From the human T2T-CHM13v2.0 reference genome, Homo sapiens, in NCBI RefSeq assembly GCF_009914755.1, contig NC_060940.1: a stretch of DNA of 64,000 nt, one strand, 5' to 3'. This document shows positions 14,766-31,498 of this stretch, in pieces. Position 1 is the stretch's first letter. The number at the start of each line of letters is the position of its first letter. Below the pieces are notes generated by a model. It was not told where the DNA came from, ran no database searches, and worked only from the letters and a program-made list of their open reading frames with translations. The position numbers and the translations under genes were made by a program.

Positions 14766-15293
14766 GGGAATCATGAGCAATACCCTTGCTGCTCTGGGTA
14801 GAAATCTTTTAGACCCAAGCAGATATCCAAGCTGCTCATTTGGCCCGATGAGAAGAGAAAAACAGAAAACAAAAGCTCTGAGTGGGTAGAGCGTGGGGGG
14901 AGCTTGAAGCTGTTATTAAAGGAAGGTATGATTAACTCCTAACTCACAGCCGCTTCAGCTCATCTCCATGGCTCAGCCACCAGGCCAGCCTTTGCTGTCA
15001 CCTAACAGATAATTATTGTCTTTTCTACAATATGATTAAGTGGAAGGAGAATCAGAACACTGTAGAACTGGATCTGATATTTCTTGTTAGCATATATATA
15101 TATATTTAATCTATGTGCTTGTCCTTGAAAACAGCACTTCCTGTACCCAGCAATCACAGAGCTGCTCTTGGAATTTAACACCCTGGTGGTTCTCAAATGC
15201 CATCTGAAAAACATTATTAGTGTTACCCATCATGACCTCTGGGTAGTGGAAGGTGAATGGGAGAAATCTCTCCCCATTTGAAGAAATAGGGAA

Positions 15294-15570
15294 CCAGTCT
15301 CACTTTGTTGCCCAGGCTGGAGTGCAGTGGCACAATCTTGCTCACTGCAACCACCACCTCCCGGGTTCAAGCGATCCTCCCACCTCAACCTCCCAGGTAG
15401 CTGGGTCTACAGGCGTGCGCCACCACACCCGGCTAATTTTTGTGTTTTTAGTACAGAAAGAGTTTCACCATGTTGACCAGGCTGGTCTCAAACTCCTAAC
15501 CTCAAGTGATTGGCCCACCTGGGCCTCCCAAAGTGCTGGGATTACAGGTGTGAGCCACTGCAGCCCAGCC
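15294..15570 (-). mobile_element. Alu lacking its poly(A) tail
   Basis: Reverse Alu body begins without a T-run. Confidence 0.85.
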
Positions 15571-16192
15571 TACGAAGTTGTTTTTGCGGTTAAGCAGCAA
15601 TTTGGAAACGAAGCATTTCTGAGGAGCTCAGTTTAAGAAACACTGTGATGTTGTGTTTTAAACCTATGAACTCCCCTCCGTAGCTCATCCCTCTACTTTT
15701 CCATCTAACCCCAGTACTGGCACCTTCTCTATGATTAGTAAATTTCTTCAGCTAGAAATGTTACAGTCTGTTTTTTAACAATGAAGTCAGGACCCAGTGG
15801 ATTATAGCATTGTTACACTTCATGCTCATGTTATATAAAATTGCATAAAATGTATTAAAATTTATGTCTGCTCTTATCTCTGCCTTGCAAAGAATGAATT
15901 TGTATAGCTTTTAACTAAGCATGTAACGGGGGCAGCACCACATCTGGAATTCAAGCTGACTTTCTCACGTACCGTAATCTTTGTGCTTGGTCTAATAAGT
16001 ACAACCCCATGTGTGTTTATCATTTTTTTATTGTATGCACAATCTTGAGAGTACATTCCTTTTTAGTTCTGTATTGATTTGTTCTCTTGGTCGTCTGTTC
16101 AGAAATACATTCAATACCTTTGGGGAAGGGCAAAGATGATTTCTGCAAATGTTGCCCTTTTTTATTAAAAATAGCTTCTGTGGTCTTTCTTA

Positions 16193-16860
<668 letters not shown>

Positions 16861-16975
16861 TTTCTGGACTTTTTCTGTGTCTATAAACATAGGTATATAT
16901 ATTTTTTAATTTCCAAAAATAAAATCATACTATAGTCATTATTTGCAACCAGTTTTTCCATTTGTCTGGCTGCAG

Positions 16976-17053
16976 GTGGGAATGGAAGTGGCCCCACATC
17001 TCAAAGAAACCCTAAATAAGAACTTTTTTGACTTCCTCCTTACGTTCAAACAG
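16976..17053 (+). CDS. VPS35L: VPS35L coding exon (~exon 13), 78 nt: [26 protein letters not shown]
   Basis: ggctgcag acceptor; CAG|gtaaga donor. Confidence 0.95.
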
Positions 17054-17547
17054 GTAAGAGAACACTATCAGAATAGCTCATCGATATAACAGTTCTATGA
17101 TAGCAAATTCACAAAACCCAGTTGGTTTTCCAAGTGGAGAATGCCTTAAAGCTCTTTAAATGTGCAAGCCCTGGAAAATTACACTAGCTTCTGTTGTAGA
17201 CAATTAAAATGTGTTGATTGTACTGAATAAGCGGAGAAAGTTAATATGCATGTGTTAACAGGAAACGTCTCCAGTCGATCAGCCTTGCTTCTGAGCATCT
17301 GCTGGCTCCATTTTTATCAGGTTCCTGCTTTCCACAGCGCTCATTCCCAAAACAGCTCGGCTTGGTGACATGAGAAACTTTCTGTGTTTTTTTTTGGTTT
17401 AAAAAAAAAAAACAACCGAGAAACCAGGCTATTTCTCTCAGGGCTGTCCACATGCTTACAAGTATGCACAGTCTGTGAGTTGTGTATGTTTTGTTTGTTG
17501 TTTGGTTTTTCCCCTCCTTTTCTAAGTGTTTGTTTGGCCTCCTGTAG

Positions 17548-17670
17548 ATTCATGGGGATACGGTCCAGAACCAGCTGGTGGTCCAAGGAGTGGAGCTCCC
17601 ATCTTACCTCCCCTTGTACCCGCCTGCCATGGACTGGATCTTCCAGTGCATCTCCTACCATGCCCCCGAG
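17548..17670 (+). CDS. VPS35L: VPS35L coding exon (~exon 14), 123 nt: [41 protein letters not shown]
   Basis: cctcctgtag acceptor; GAG|gtaact donor. Confidence 0.95.
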
Positions 17671-17939
17671 GTAACTGCCAGGTGGCTTCAGTGTGACGCT
17701 CACCTCCTGTATGGTGACAGCCCCTGCCCACTGTGCCCTTTAACGTTAATGGGACCCTTTCATAACAGCTATAGCAATGTTAGTGCTAGCCAGCCTTTAT
17801 AGAGGGCTTGCCATGGTGGCTGGCTCTGTGCTGAGTGCTTTTCTGAGATAGTCTCATTTTGACAGCTGTGGAAGGGGAATGTGGTAGCTCCAGAGGCCAT
17901 GTACCTAAGTGAGGCCACACAGCTAGAAAGCAGTTTGGT

Positions 17940-18238
17940 GGCTGGGTGTGCTCATATCTGTAATCCCAGCACTTTGCAAGGCCAAGGTGGGAGGATCACT
18001 TGATTTTAGGAGTTTGAGACGAGCTTTGGCAACATAGCAAAACTCCATCTCTACAAAAAAATAGAAAAAATTAGCCAGACACGGTGATATATGCCTATAG
18101 TCCCAGCTACTCAGGAGGCTGAGGTGGGAGGACCACTTGAGCCCCAGAGTTCAAGGCTACAATGAGCTGTGACTGTACTACTGCACTCCAGCCTGAGTGA
18201 CAGAGCAAGACACTGTCTCATTAAAAAAGAAACAAAAA
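17940..18238 (+). mobile_element. AluJ
   Basis: Forward Alu. Confidence 0.88.
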
Positions 18239-18576
18239 GGAAGATGGTTGGTGACTTGATACAAACCCATAGAATTGGGCTCCAGGGCCAACAAGCCTTA
18301 TTGCGTCTTCACTTAACCTTCATGTACCCCTTTTGTGTTTATAATAATCCAATAAAGTCTGTAGAGCAGGTATTTTATGGAAGGAAAACAAAACTCAGAT
18401 GCTTAATTTCTTTTATAATTTTATTTTTCTTTTCTTTTTTCTTTTTTGCCAGTTGAAGTATTGTCAGGAATTGAAGTGACATCAGAATCATAGCAGACAC
18501 ATATTTTTTTTCTTTTCCAAGACTGAGAAGCAGTTTTAGTAGAACACCAATTCAAACTGTCATGAAGACTGTGATA

Positions 18577-18968
<392 letters not shown>

Positions 18969-19139
18969 GACTGTGATAGATGAAGCTTTCCTTGTCTTTA
19001 TTTGATCATTGAAAAGTAAAGAGAGACTACAAAACAAGGACATATAGAGCAAAGCAAAGTTGAAAGACATCTGCCTTTTCCTAGATCTTGCCAACACATG
19101 TTGAAAGCTGTACAGAAAAGAAAAAAAAAGGACATGACT

Positions 19140-19670
19140 TTAACCGAGCAATCCCACTTTTACGAATTTATCCTGTAAGTTAGACGAGTGCATAAACATT
19201 ATAAACACACACAGAGATGCACACACGGTTTGTTCACGGTAGTGCAAAATTGGAGGCAAGCATCAGAGAGGACTGGTTATGGTATGTGCATTCAGTGGGG
19301 TGTTAATGGGGCCATTTAAAATGATGGAGACTCCCGATGATCTGTACATACTGACGTAAGGGTATTCATGGTATATGGCTAAGTGCAAAAAGAAAGTTAC
19401 ACACATTGCTGTGTGTGCTGTAAGTGGCAGTGTGGCCTAGTGTTCAGGTGTGGGCTCTGGAGTCGGGGTGCCTGGGTCTGCATCTCAGCTCCGTTAATAG
19501 CTGTTGTGATAGAGTAGGGAGCAGGTAACTTGTTCCTAACCACTCTGAGTCTTCTCTCTTTATCTGTAAAATGGGAGCAATATTAATGATTCCTATTTTC
19601 TAGTCCGTTGCAAGAATCAAAGAAGTCACTGTATCTACGGTGCTTAGTGTAGCGCCCCACATCTTAGTAC
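19140..19670 (+). mobile_element. Old L1M fragment followed by MIR (~19425-19670)
   Basis: agcaatcccactttta...atttatcct; MIR core tctgtaaaatggg. Confidence 0.6.
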
Positions 19671-19782
19671 TCGCAGACATGATTTTTATATCTGTGCGAG
19701 AGAGTTGGGAAGGAGAAATGACAGAACATCACTGGAGTGTGAGATTTGGGGCCAGCGTAACTTATTTTTCTTTGCCTATCTG

Positions 19783-20093
19783 TTTTTTTTTTTTTTTCTT
19801 TCTTCCTTTGAGACAGAGTCTCACTCTGTCTCCCAGGCTGGAGTGCACTGGTGCAATCTCGGCTCGCTACAACCTCCACCTCCCAGGTTCAAGCGATTCT
19901 CATGCCTCAACCTCATGAGTAGCTGGGACTACAGGCATGCATCACCACACTCAGATAATTTTTGTATTTTTAGTAGAGATGCAGTTTCACCTTGTTGATC
20001 TCGTGCTGATCTCTAACTCCTGGCCTCAAGTGATCCTCCCGCCTCGGCTTCCCAGAGTGCTGGGATCACAGACAAGAGCCACCGTGCCCAGCC
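19783..20093 (-). mobile_element. AluS
   Basis: Reverse Alu. Confidence 0.9.
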
Positions 20094-21154
20094 GCCCATC
20101 TCTGTTTTCTAACTTTTCAACAAGTATGCACTGCTTACCTTTTTACTTTTTGAGATTCTAAATTATGAGGAGAAAAACTGGGACATCTTGTACTTCAGGT
20201 GAATAGTCTTACCATTAAGTAAATTGATTTTAAATCAAGCCAGTATAAAGGAAAGATTGTTTGAAGTTTTGCTGCTGGTTCTTTATGGTCCTCAGCATAG
20301 TTTCAGCAACCACATGCTGTCCTCCGCTTCTGGGAAGGGTACCATGAACTCGACTGTTTTCTTGGTATTCCACTGAACGACGGAAACATACAAGCAGGAT
20401 TGACGTGGTGAAATGAGAACGCTTTTTTTTTCTTATTTTAGCGAAAGGCAAAATCAGATTAAAAACAAAATGTCACAAGGCAGTCTTCCTTTTATTTTAA
20501 GCCCCAGTCATCTCAAAGGATGGCAGAAGCTGGGAATAAGCTCTAGGAAATCATTATTGCACTAGAATAAGTGATTAAAAAATTAGGTCAGCTGAATAAT
20601 AATAAACTCTGATTCTTGGGCACACTTAAAGGACATGCAGTGTCTTGTTAAAAAAAATAGTCATTTTCAAACTGCAGAAGAATTGATGTCGGTATGGAAG
20701 GTGGTGTTAAAGGTGCATGTGACAATTTGGTGCCTAAAAGCTCTTTGATAATGGCCGCTATGAGTCACCTGCAGAGTAGAACTGTGTGTATCCATTAGAG
20801 GCCAAGACTTCAAAATAAGGGATGGTAAAGTTCGGCTGCAGCAATTGGTAATATACAGGGCAGGCAAGTGAGAGAGGGAAAGGAGAAATACCTTTAGTTG
20901 TGAATATCTCATCTACAGAATTTCAAATCGAAATTGAAATCCAAGGTAAAAAATCAAGGCATGTCTTAGTCCGTTCGGGCTGCCATAATAAAGCGCCATA
21001 GAATGTTTAAAATAGAAATGCAGCCTTGGCCTGACTTCTTTTCTCTCCTCCTGTACTTTTGAAGTGGGTAAATAATTATAAATAACCTAATCTGGAGATC
21101 ACCTTAAAAAATCCAACAGTTAAATATGGTTGTGGTTCTCCAACTCCATATATA

Positions 21155-21876
<722 letters not shown>

Positions 21877-22821
21877 TCAGTTAGGGGCAGTTTGAAAAAT
21901 GCTGTTATATCCATGGCATGGATTAAATAGCCATGGATTAAAAGAGTGAGGTAGATTTGTGTAATAACATGGAGAAGAGAGGGCCATCTAGATTCTCCAT
22001 TAAAAAAGGCCATATTTAAATATCTCCAACCCAGTATTTATAAGAGTATCCCATTGTGTAAAAACAAAACTAGGCTTCTGTAATAATATATATCCATAAA
22101 GCACAGGCAGAATTCTAGATAAGAACATCAAAGTCCTAGACAAACACCAAAGTGTTGACAGTGGTGATTTCTAGGACATGGAAGTTGGGAGGGGGGGACA
22201 TTCGCATCTTTCTTGATGCATGTCGATGTTGTTGGGACTTTTGTCTATAAAGCATTTCTTATTTTTACAATTTTTAGAAAAACAAATGTTACATAAATAA
22301 GTGGCATGTAGGGCCAACAGCAACAATAACAAAAGCCTAAAAAACAAACCAGCACACCAAGCAAATGCCTGCCTTGTGAATCTTCTGAATCTTCAAGTTC
22401 TGGTGTGTGTGAAAATGAAAGAAATATGCTGAGCTGCTTTTTCAGTGGTTGATCCCAGCCAAAGGGCTTGTTTCAATCTCTGTCTGCTTTGAGCTGTTGT
22501 TCATCGTGTTCTTGCCAAAGATAATCAATTCTGTCACTTCTTAGAGGGGAAAAAATCAGTAACCTCCAGCAGACCTGCCCGAGGATCTATAACATTTGGC
22601 TCTCCGAACACTTACATGTATTCCCAAGTTCCTTTATGACAACAGAGCCTTTGGTTTTTTAAAGTTATATTCTTGGATGCATTTTTAGTGCATTCATCTT
22701 TTGTGAGAGAGGGAACTTTTTAAGCATTTAACTTGTCTTAGTGGTAAGAATCTTTTGTCCATATGTTGGGATTTGCCCTAGTTAATCTTTCCAGAATTGG
22801 TGGGCCAGGAGGTCTCATTTA

Positions 22822-22862
22822 TGTGTGTGTGTATGTGTGCATGTGTGTGTGCACGTGCATGC
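22822..22862. repeat. Imperfect (TG)n microsatellite
   Basis: tgtgtgtgtgtatgtgtgcatgtgtgtgtgcacgtgcatgc. Confidence 0.8.
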
Positions 22863-22948
22863 ATATGAGATACAGTAAACCTCACGAAGGCATGGGTTTC
22901 TGTGTTTTCCTCCCATCTTACCCTCAGTGTCTGGAACAGTGGCTGGTA

Positions 22949-23502
<554 letters not shown>

Positions 23503-24047
23503 TATACTAAAGTTGCTCGTTAGGTAGGCGTTGAATGATTATTTCTGTGTGTCAGGGAGTGTCAGTGTGATGATTACACAGAATCTCTTTTCCTCTCTTA
23601 GCCTTTTCCAAAGGCCACTTTGCTATTGGTCTTTAAGAATGACTTTTCAAATGTAAATACCCAAGAGTGGGTTAGGGAAGCCATTTATGATGTGGTCAAT
23701 TTTGTCACCAGCTAGGGTGCTTTTGGCTGCAAGGAACAAACATCTAACTAGTCTGGCCTCCACATATAATTCCATGTGTCCTCCTCCACAACAAGTGGAG
23801 GCTCTCGGGTGATCAGCTTCAGTGCATCTTTTTGCTCTGCTGTCCCTGATTAGTAGCAAGGTGGGGGCAACCATTCCAGGCATCACGTCCAGAGCCGACA
23901 GCATCCAGGGAATCTTTGATTCTTGGGTCCTTGTTTAAGAACAGGAAACCTTTCTCCAAATCCCCCCGAAGACTTCCCATCCTGTCTCAGCAGCTAGAAA
24001 TGGATCATGGGCAAGGGGAACGAGAGCCACTGTGATTGGTTTGGGTC

Positions 24048-24394
24048 TGTATTAATCTGCTTGGGCTCCCTTAACAAAATACCCAGACTAGGAGCTTAAA
24101 CAACAGACTTTATTTTCTCATAGTTCTGAAGGCTAGGAGACCAAGATCAAGGGGCCAGCAAGGTTGGTTTCTGGTGAGGCCTCTCTCCTTGGCTTGGAAA
24201 CTGCCACCTTCTTGCCGTGTTCTCACATGGCTTTTCCTCTGTGTACACGCATCCTTGCTGTCTCTTCCTATAAGGAGGTTAGTCCTGTGGGATTCGGATC
24301 CCACCCTTATGACTCCATTTAACCTAGAATAGTGATATTAGGGGTTAGGGCTCCAACATAGCAATTTAGGGGAGATATAATTCAGTCCGTGACA
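24048..24394 (-). mobile_element. MaLR LTR (MLT1A-like), nested in an older MLT1
   Basis: tgtattaatctgcttgggct...ctggtgaggcctctctccttggcttg...aattcagtccgtgaca. Confidence 0.75.
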
Positions 24395-24600
24395 GAAGCC
24401 AACCTAGTTTATGTGAGGCATAGATGGAAATCTGAATAAAATCAGGGTTTTGGGGTAGGGATTCCAACAGTATCTCCAACGTCAGCTCTCACTTATTCAG
24501 GCAACATGACAGAGAGGGGTGCCACCAGAAAGGGTGGAATTGCACTTAAGAACCCTCCTTTTATTTTTTTACTTTGGGTCCAGACGTAGATATAGATCCC

Positions 24601-25601
<1,001 letters not shown>

Positions 25602-26524
25602 TGCACAAATCCCATTTTTGCCACTTATTAGGAAGTGTCTTAACCCTGTCTGAGCTTTGGCTTTTGCATCTGTAAAATGGGGATAATGTTCCATGGACCT
25701 CACAAGGACATGGTGAAGAGTAAGAGAGTAAAGGGAAGTCAAGGACTTAGCCCGAAACCTGGGCAGTGCTCAGTGTCCTGTAATTACCTCTGGTCTTGGG
25801 CTTGACCTTCCCCAAACCACTGCCCTAAATGATCCTTCTTCCATTGATTTTCTTAAAAACAGGAGCTCTTTTAAAGATATGTAATTGTCTTAAGATAGCT
25901 CCAAAGCCATTAACAGTATTCCAATGAGTTAAAAAAAAAAAATCTGCTTCCTTTGGCGGAGGCGGGGAAAATAGACTTCAAACTGTGTTGGAGAAGAAAT
26001 GTATTGAAGAACGTGGCCTTTGATCCCAGTCTGCCCAGGTTCATGTCTGCCTGCCATCACTAACTGTGCGACCTTGGGTGAAAAACACTGCTATTCGTGG
26101 CTTTGTTTTTCATCTGTGAAATGGGAGAATAGAGCCCCTGCTTCAAGGGTGGTTGGGAGAGGTAAGATCGTGAGTGCAAAGTGCTTCTCACCATGGCTGG
26201 TGGGCACTAAGCTCTAGCCCAGTGTTTGTTGCTGATATTACTAAGTGCACCTTGGGCACCTCTTAAAATGGGGAAGAATGTGGGGTTACAGAAGAGGTGG
26301 GGAGCAGAGTAATTATCGTTCTCATTCATGCCCTGGAGTGCAGGAGTTATCTCCCATCATCCTGTAGTGACCCCACAGATGAGATGATACCACTTGTAGC
26401 CTTTCAATAAGGACAAGGAGACCCAGGTTCGACAGAGTTGGCAACTCTTCCGAAGTCTCATCATTGGTAGTTGGTGAGGTTGGATTTGAATCCAAGTGTG
26501 CCTGATGCCAGGACCCTAGCTTCT

Positions 26525-26829
26525 GTTGATTGATCAGTTGATTGATTGAGACAGGGTCTCCCTCTGTCTCCCAGGCTGGAGTGCAGTGGCATGATCTCAG
26601 CTCATAGCAGCCTCCACCTCCTGGGTTCAAGCGATTCTCCTTCCTTAGCCCTCTGAGTAGCTGGGATTACAGGCACCCGCTATCACACCTGGCTAATTTT
26701 TGTATTTTTAGTGGAGACGGGGTTTTACCATGTTGGCCAGACTAGTCTCGAGCTCTTGACCTCAAGTGATCCACCTGCCTCGGTCTACCAAAATGCTAGA
26801 ATTATAGGTGCGAGCCACTGTACCCGGCC
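26525..26829 (-). mobile_element. AluS with (TTGA)n tail
   Basis: Reverse Alu. Confidence 0.88.
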
Positions 26830-27032
26830 CCCTCCTTCTATTTATTACACTAAATGCCATGAAAGTGAATTTTTTTCTCCCCAAGCCTCCCCATCCCTAC
26901 CAGACACTGAGAATTATCTTAATGGACATGTGGCTACATTCATTTTAGAGTTCGACTTTGGAAATCTCTTAGAAATGTTACTTTAGCTCCTCCAACCTGA
27001 TTTTTTAATTATTATTATTTTTAACATAATAG

Positions 27033-27079
27033 GCTCTGCTGACCGAGATGATGGAAAGGTGTAAGAAACTAGGAAACAA
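27033..27079 (+). CDS. VPS35L: VPS35L coding exon (~exon 15), 47 nt: ALLTEMMERCKKLGN(N)
   Basis: AT-rich acceptor ttaacataatag; CAA|gtaagt donor. Confidence 0.94.
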
Positions 27080-27189
27080 GTAAGTATTTTAAGATTCATA
27101 AAGCATGAGTTTGAAAATGGTGTTGGCTGCTATTTTTGAGCTTGGCCTGCTTACCTGGGTATGAGCTGAAGAGAGAGAGGCAGGACTGC

Positions 27190-28162
27190 ATGGAGGTTTA
27201 GAATGCTGGAGTCCGGTTGCCTGGCCTCAGACCTTGGCTCTGTTCTGTCTTAGCCCTGTGACCTTGGGCCGCTTGCTTGACCTCTCTGTGCCTCTGTCTC
27301 TTCATCTGTAAAACGGGAGTAATAATAGTTCTTTCAACTGGGCGTGGTGGCTGATGCCTGTAATCCCAGCATTTTGGGAGGCTGAGGCGTGTGGATCACC
27401 TGAGGTCAGGAGTTCGAGACCAGCCTGGCCAACGTGGCAAAACCCCATCTCTACTAAAAATACAATAACTAGCCGGGCTTGGTGGTGTATGCCTGTAGTC
27501 GCAGCTACTCAGGAGACTGGGGCAGGAGAATTGCTTGAACCCGGGAGGCAGAGGTTTCAGTGAGCCGAGATCATGACACTGTACTCTAGCTTGGCGACAG
27601 AGTGAGACGCTGTCTCAAAAAACAAAAGAAAAAAAGTAATAATAATAGTTATTTCCCCATGGGGCTGTGGTAGGTGGTTGGGCTAGGATGAAATTGATCT
27701 CCCTGACTCTCACGAATATGAGGTTGTCTCTCTGCTTTCCTTTTAGTGGTAGATACATGGAAACAGCCTTGCATGGGCTTTGTTTACCACTGTGTCCCCT
27801 GTGCCTGGTGCCTATAACATAAGATCTCTTTACTAAGAAATCTCTTGCATAAACTGGCCAGACACAGTGGTGCATGCCTATAATCCCAGCACTTTGGGAG
27901 GCTGAGACGGGTGGATCACCTGAGGTCAGGAGTTTGAGACCAGCCTGGCCAACATGGTGAAACCCTGTCTCTACTAAAAATACATAAAATTAGCCGAGCA
28001 TGGTGGCGCATGCCTGTAATCTCAGTTACTTGGGAGGCTGAGGCAGGAGAATCACTTGAACCCGGGAGGTGGAGGTTGCAGTGAGCCAAGATCGTGACAC
28101 TACTCCAGCCTGGGCAACAAAGTGAGACTCCATCTCAAAAAAAAAAAACAAAAAAACCAAAA
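27190..28162 (+). mobile_element. MIR interrupted by AluS (27338-27636); second AluS at 27856-28162
   Basis: TSDs taataatagtt and ctcttgcataaac. Confidence 0.85.
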
Positions 28163-28548
28163 CTCTTGCATAAACGATGTGGATATATATTTACAACATG
28201 GATCAATATCGTTACTTAATGTTCTGTCTCATTAGTGCACCAGCTTATTGAATGCTCGCTCTTCTTCTCCTTAAATGAACTGGATCACTTGCTGATCTGT
28301 CTATCCACCCTGCCATCTAGCCATCCATCCATCTAAACATCCAGTTAATTCAACATTTATTGAGTTGCAGATATGTACAGGACACTGTGTTAGTCTCTCC
28401 AGTTTACCTTTTTACTCTGATTTTTTGTTTTTCCCCAACCCTACCGCTAAAGAGCTGTTAGTCTTCCTTCCTGGCAATATATATTCAAAAATTAAAGCAA
28501 CTTTGATTGAGGAGAAGCCAGGCTGACTTGGGGATCTGTGTCTTGCAG

Positions 28549-28660
28549 TGCCTTGCTGTTGAATTCTGTGATGTCTGCCTTCCGGGCTGAGTTCATCGCC
28601 ACAAGGTCTATGGATTTCATTGGCATGATTAAAGAGTGTGATGAATCTGGTTTCCCCAAG
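28549..28660 (+). CDS. VPS35L: VPS35L coding exon (~exon 16), 112 nt: [37 protein letters not shown]
   Basis: tgtcttgcag acceptor; AAG|gtaggc donor. Confidence 0.95.
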
Positions 28661-28938
28661 GTAGGCTCTTGACTTCATGCTCAGTAGGACACAAATAAGC
28701 GGTGTGTATCTGATAGCTCTTGAGAGACAGTCCGGTTTTGGGAACAGCATGGGCCAGCAGGAACACAGGCGAAGGCTCTGTTTCTGAGGAACGCAATGGA
28801 AGATGAGTTAGAGGTTGGGATTGTCAGACACTGTGTGATTGCTATGCTTCAGGCCCCCATGAGCCCTAAATCTATCAGATTGGCTCACTATGAAGGATTT
28901 AAGAAAGACTTTGGTCTAACATATTTAAGAATATATCA

Positions 28939-29225
28939 GGCTGGGCACGGTGGCTCATGTTTATAATCCTATCACTTGGGAGGCCAGGGCAGGAGGATCA
29001 CTTGAGGCCAGGAGTTCGAGACCAGCCTGGGCAACACAGCAAGACCCCATCTCTACAAAAAATCAAAACTTAGCTGGGTGTGGTGGTGCATTCCTGTAGT
29101 CCCAGCTACTTGGGAGGCTAAGGTGGGAGAATTGCTTGGAGCCCAGGAGGTCAAGGCTGCAGTGAGCCATGATTATGTCATGAAGCCTGGTGACAGAGTG
29201 AGACCCTGTCTCAAAACAAACAAAA
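28939..29225 (+). mobile_element. AluJ
   Basis: Forward Alu. Confidence 0.88.
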
Positions 29226-29491
29226 GGATATATCTTCATTCATTATTTATGAAAAACTTTGTCCAGTAGAATATTATGGCCCCACATTAGACCAACAGAT
29301 GGAGCTAACTCTGTGTGAGCCTCTCAGTGTAGCTGGGGCAGATATGTGTGATAGAACTTTAGAAGGAGGTTGTTGGAAGATTAGCCCCAAGAAGGATTAA
29401 ACATTACAACCTTTTCTCTTTTCTTTTCTTTGAGCTTCAAGTTAATTTGATTTAAAATTTCCATAACATGATGGTTTGACATGTTTCTTAG

Positions 29492-29608
29492 CATCTTCTT
29501 TTTCGATCACTGGGATTAAACTTGGCCTTGGCTGATCCTCCTGAGAGTGACCGACTTCAGATTCTCAACGAAGCTTGGAAAGTCATCACTAAGCTGAAGA
29601 ACCCACAG
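29492..29608 (+). CDS. VPS35L: VPS35L coding exon (~exon 17), 117 nt: [39 protein letters not shown]
   Basis: tttcttag acceptor; CAG|gtgagt donor. Confidence 0.95.
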
Positions 29609-29612
29609 GTGA

Positions 29613-29933
<321 letters not shown>

Positions 29934-30000
29934 TAAACTTTAAATCAACCACTTTTTGTCCAAGTTTTGGCATCTGCTCTTTTAAAAAATTACCCTTCCA

Positions 30001-30140
30001 AGCCGAACATGGTAGCTCACACCTATAATCTCAGCACTTTGGGAGGCTGAGGCAGGAGGATCACTTGAGGCTGGGAGTTTCAGACCAGCCTGGACAACAT
30101 AGCAAGACCCCTGTCTCTATTTGAACTAAAAAATAAAAAT
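30001..30140 (+). mobile_element. FLAM/left Alu monomer
   Basis: Left arm only. Confidence 0.8.
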
Positions 30141-30617
30141 TATCTTTTCATTAGTTATACATTTTTCCCTAAAGAAATCTATTTATTATAATTGTATTAT
30201 TTGTTTACCTGTAATGGAGAATGGATAGCTTTAAAGATGTAATTTCTTTGATTTTTTAAAAATTCAATTCTCACAGCCTTAAGATGTGCTAAAAGTATAA
30301 AATTACATGATCATGCATTCAGAACTGCCATAAAAAATACAACTTAAAAAAAATGCATAACATTACAGATATTTGAAACTTTATGAAAAATCAGTTAACT
30401 TTATAGTGGGCATCCAAAATATAACAGTTCGTAAGATTTAGGCTTGAAAATATCGTTAGTAGGATATTCCTAAATAAAAGATCAGCCTTTAAGCCAGTAA
30501 TTAGCAAAAGGAAATTCCCGTTTCCAACCATTGAACAGAGCCAGCTGAAGCCTCCTGTTTGCTGTAATGCATACTATGTTGTACTTAATGTTAAGATGTT
30601 TTCCTTTCTCTTTGTAG

Positions 30618-30671
30618 GACTACATTAATTGTGCCGAAGTGTGGGTGGAATACACCTGCAAGCATTTCACG
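30618..30671 (+). CDS. VPS35L: VPS35L coding exon (~exon 18), 54 nt: [18 protein letters not shown]
   Basis: ctctttgtag acceptor; ACG|gtatgt donor. Confidence 0.95.
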
Positions 30672-31149
30672 GTATGTGTGACTGTGGTATTGTTTTTGAA
30701 AGAATTAGATTTTTTCATGTTTATAATAGTGAATTAGCCTAGTTTAGGTATTGAGGCATTTGACAACGGTACTTGCTCTTGTAATTTATAAAAATTGCAT
30801 TCTTCATAATAAAGCGTGATGGAGCATTAATATGTGTACTATAACAAAAAATAACTGTTCCATGTTTACATTTAAGTTTGGAAAATGCAGCATTACACAA
30901 AGTTAAACCATTTTTTTTTTACCATAGGATACCTTAGATGCTTACATGCTAAAGTGCATTGCGACTGTACATCAGAGTCTAGTAAGCAGCATTTCCCAAA
31001 CAATTTGACTGGCATGTAATTTTTTTCCTAAGCAAATATTTCTTTCCCTAGGCACAGACTAGAACCACAGTTAGGGGAATACTGGGCTTCTCAAAGAGCA
31101 GAGACTTTAGAAGAAGATAGAAGTGGGTTCAAAACCCTTGCCAGAGTAA

Positions 31150-31472
<323 letters not shown>

Positions 31473-31498
31473 AAGCCCTAAAAATTTAAGTGTGGCAT

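Noticed and set aside
15253-15636. 127-aa ORF through a tail-less antisense Alu
   Set aside because: GTG start and Alu-derived; the missing tail is most simply a deletion and removes the pyrimidine tract needed for exonisation
20962-21004. Short antisense MaLR LTR terminus containing a sense AATAAA
   Set aside because: No TSD visible; looks like an ordinary deletion remnant, unlike the 7991-8027 insert
30510-30519. NF-kB-like GGAAATTCCC near an exon (also GGGATTTTCC at ~12633)
   Set aside because: Several degenerate kB matches are expected by chance in 64 kb
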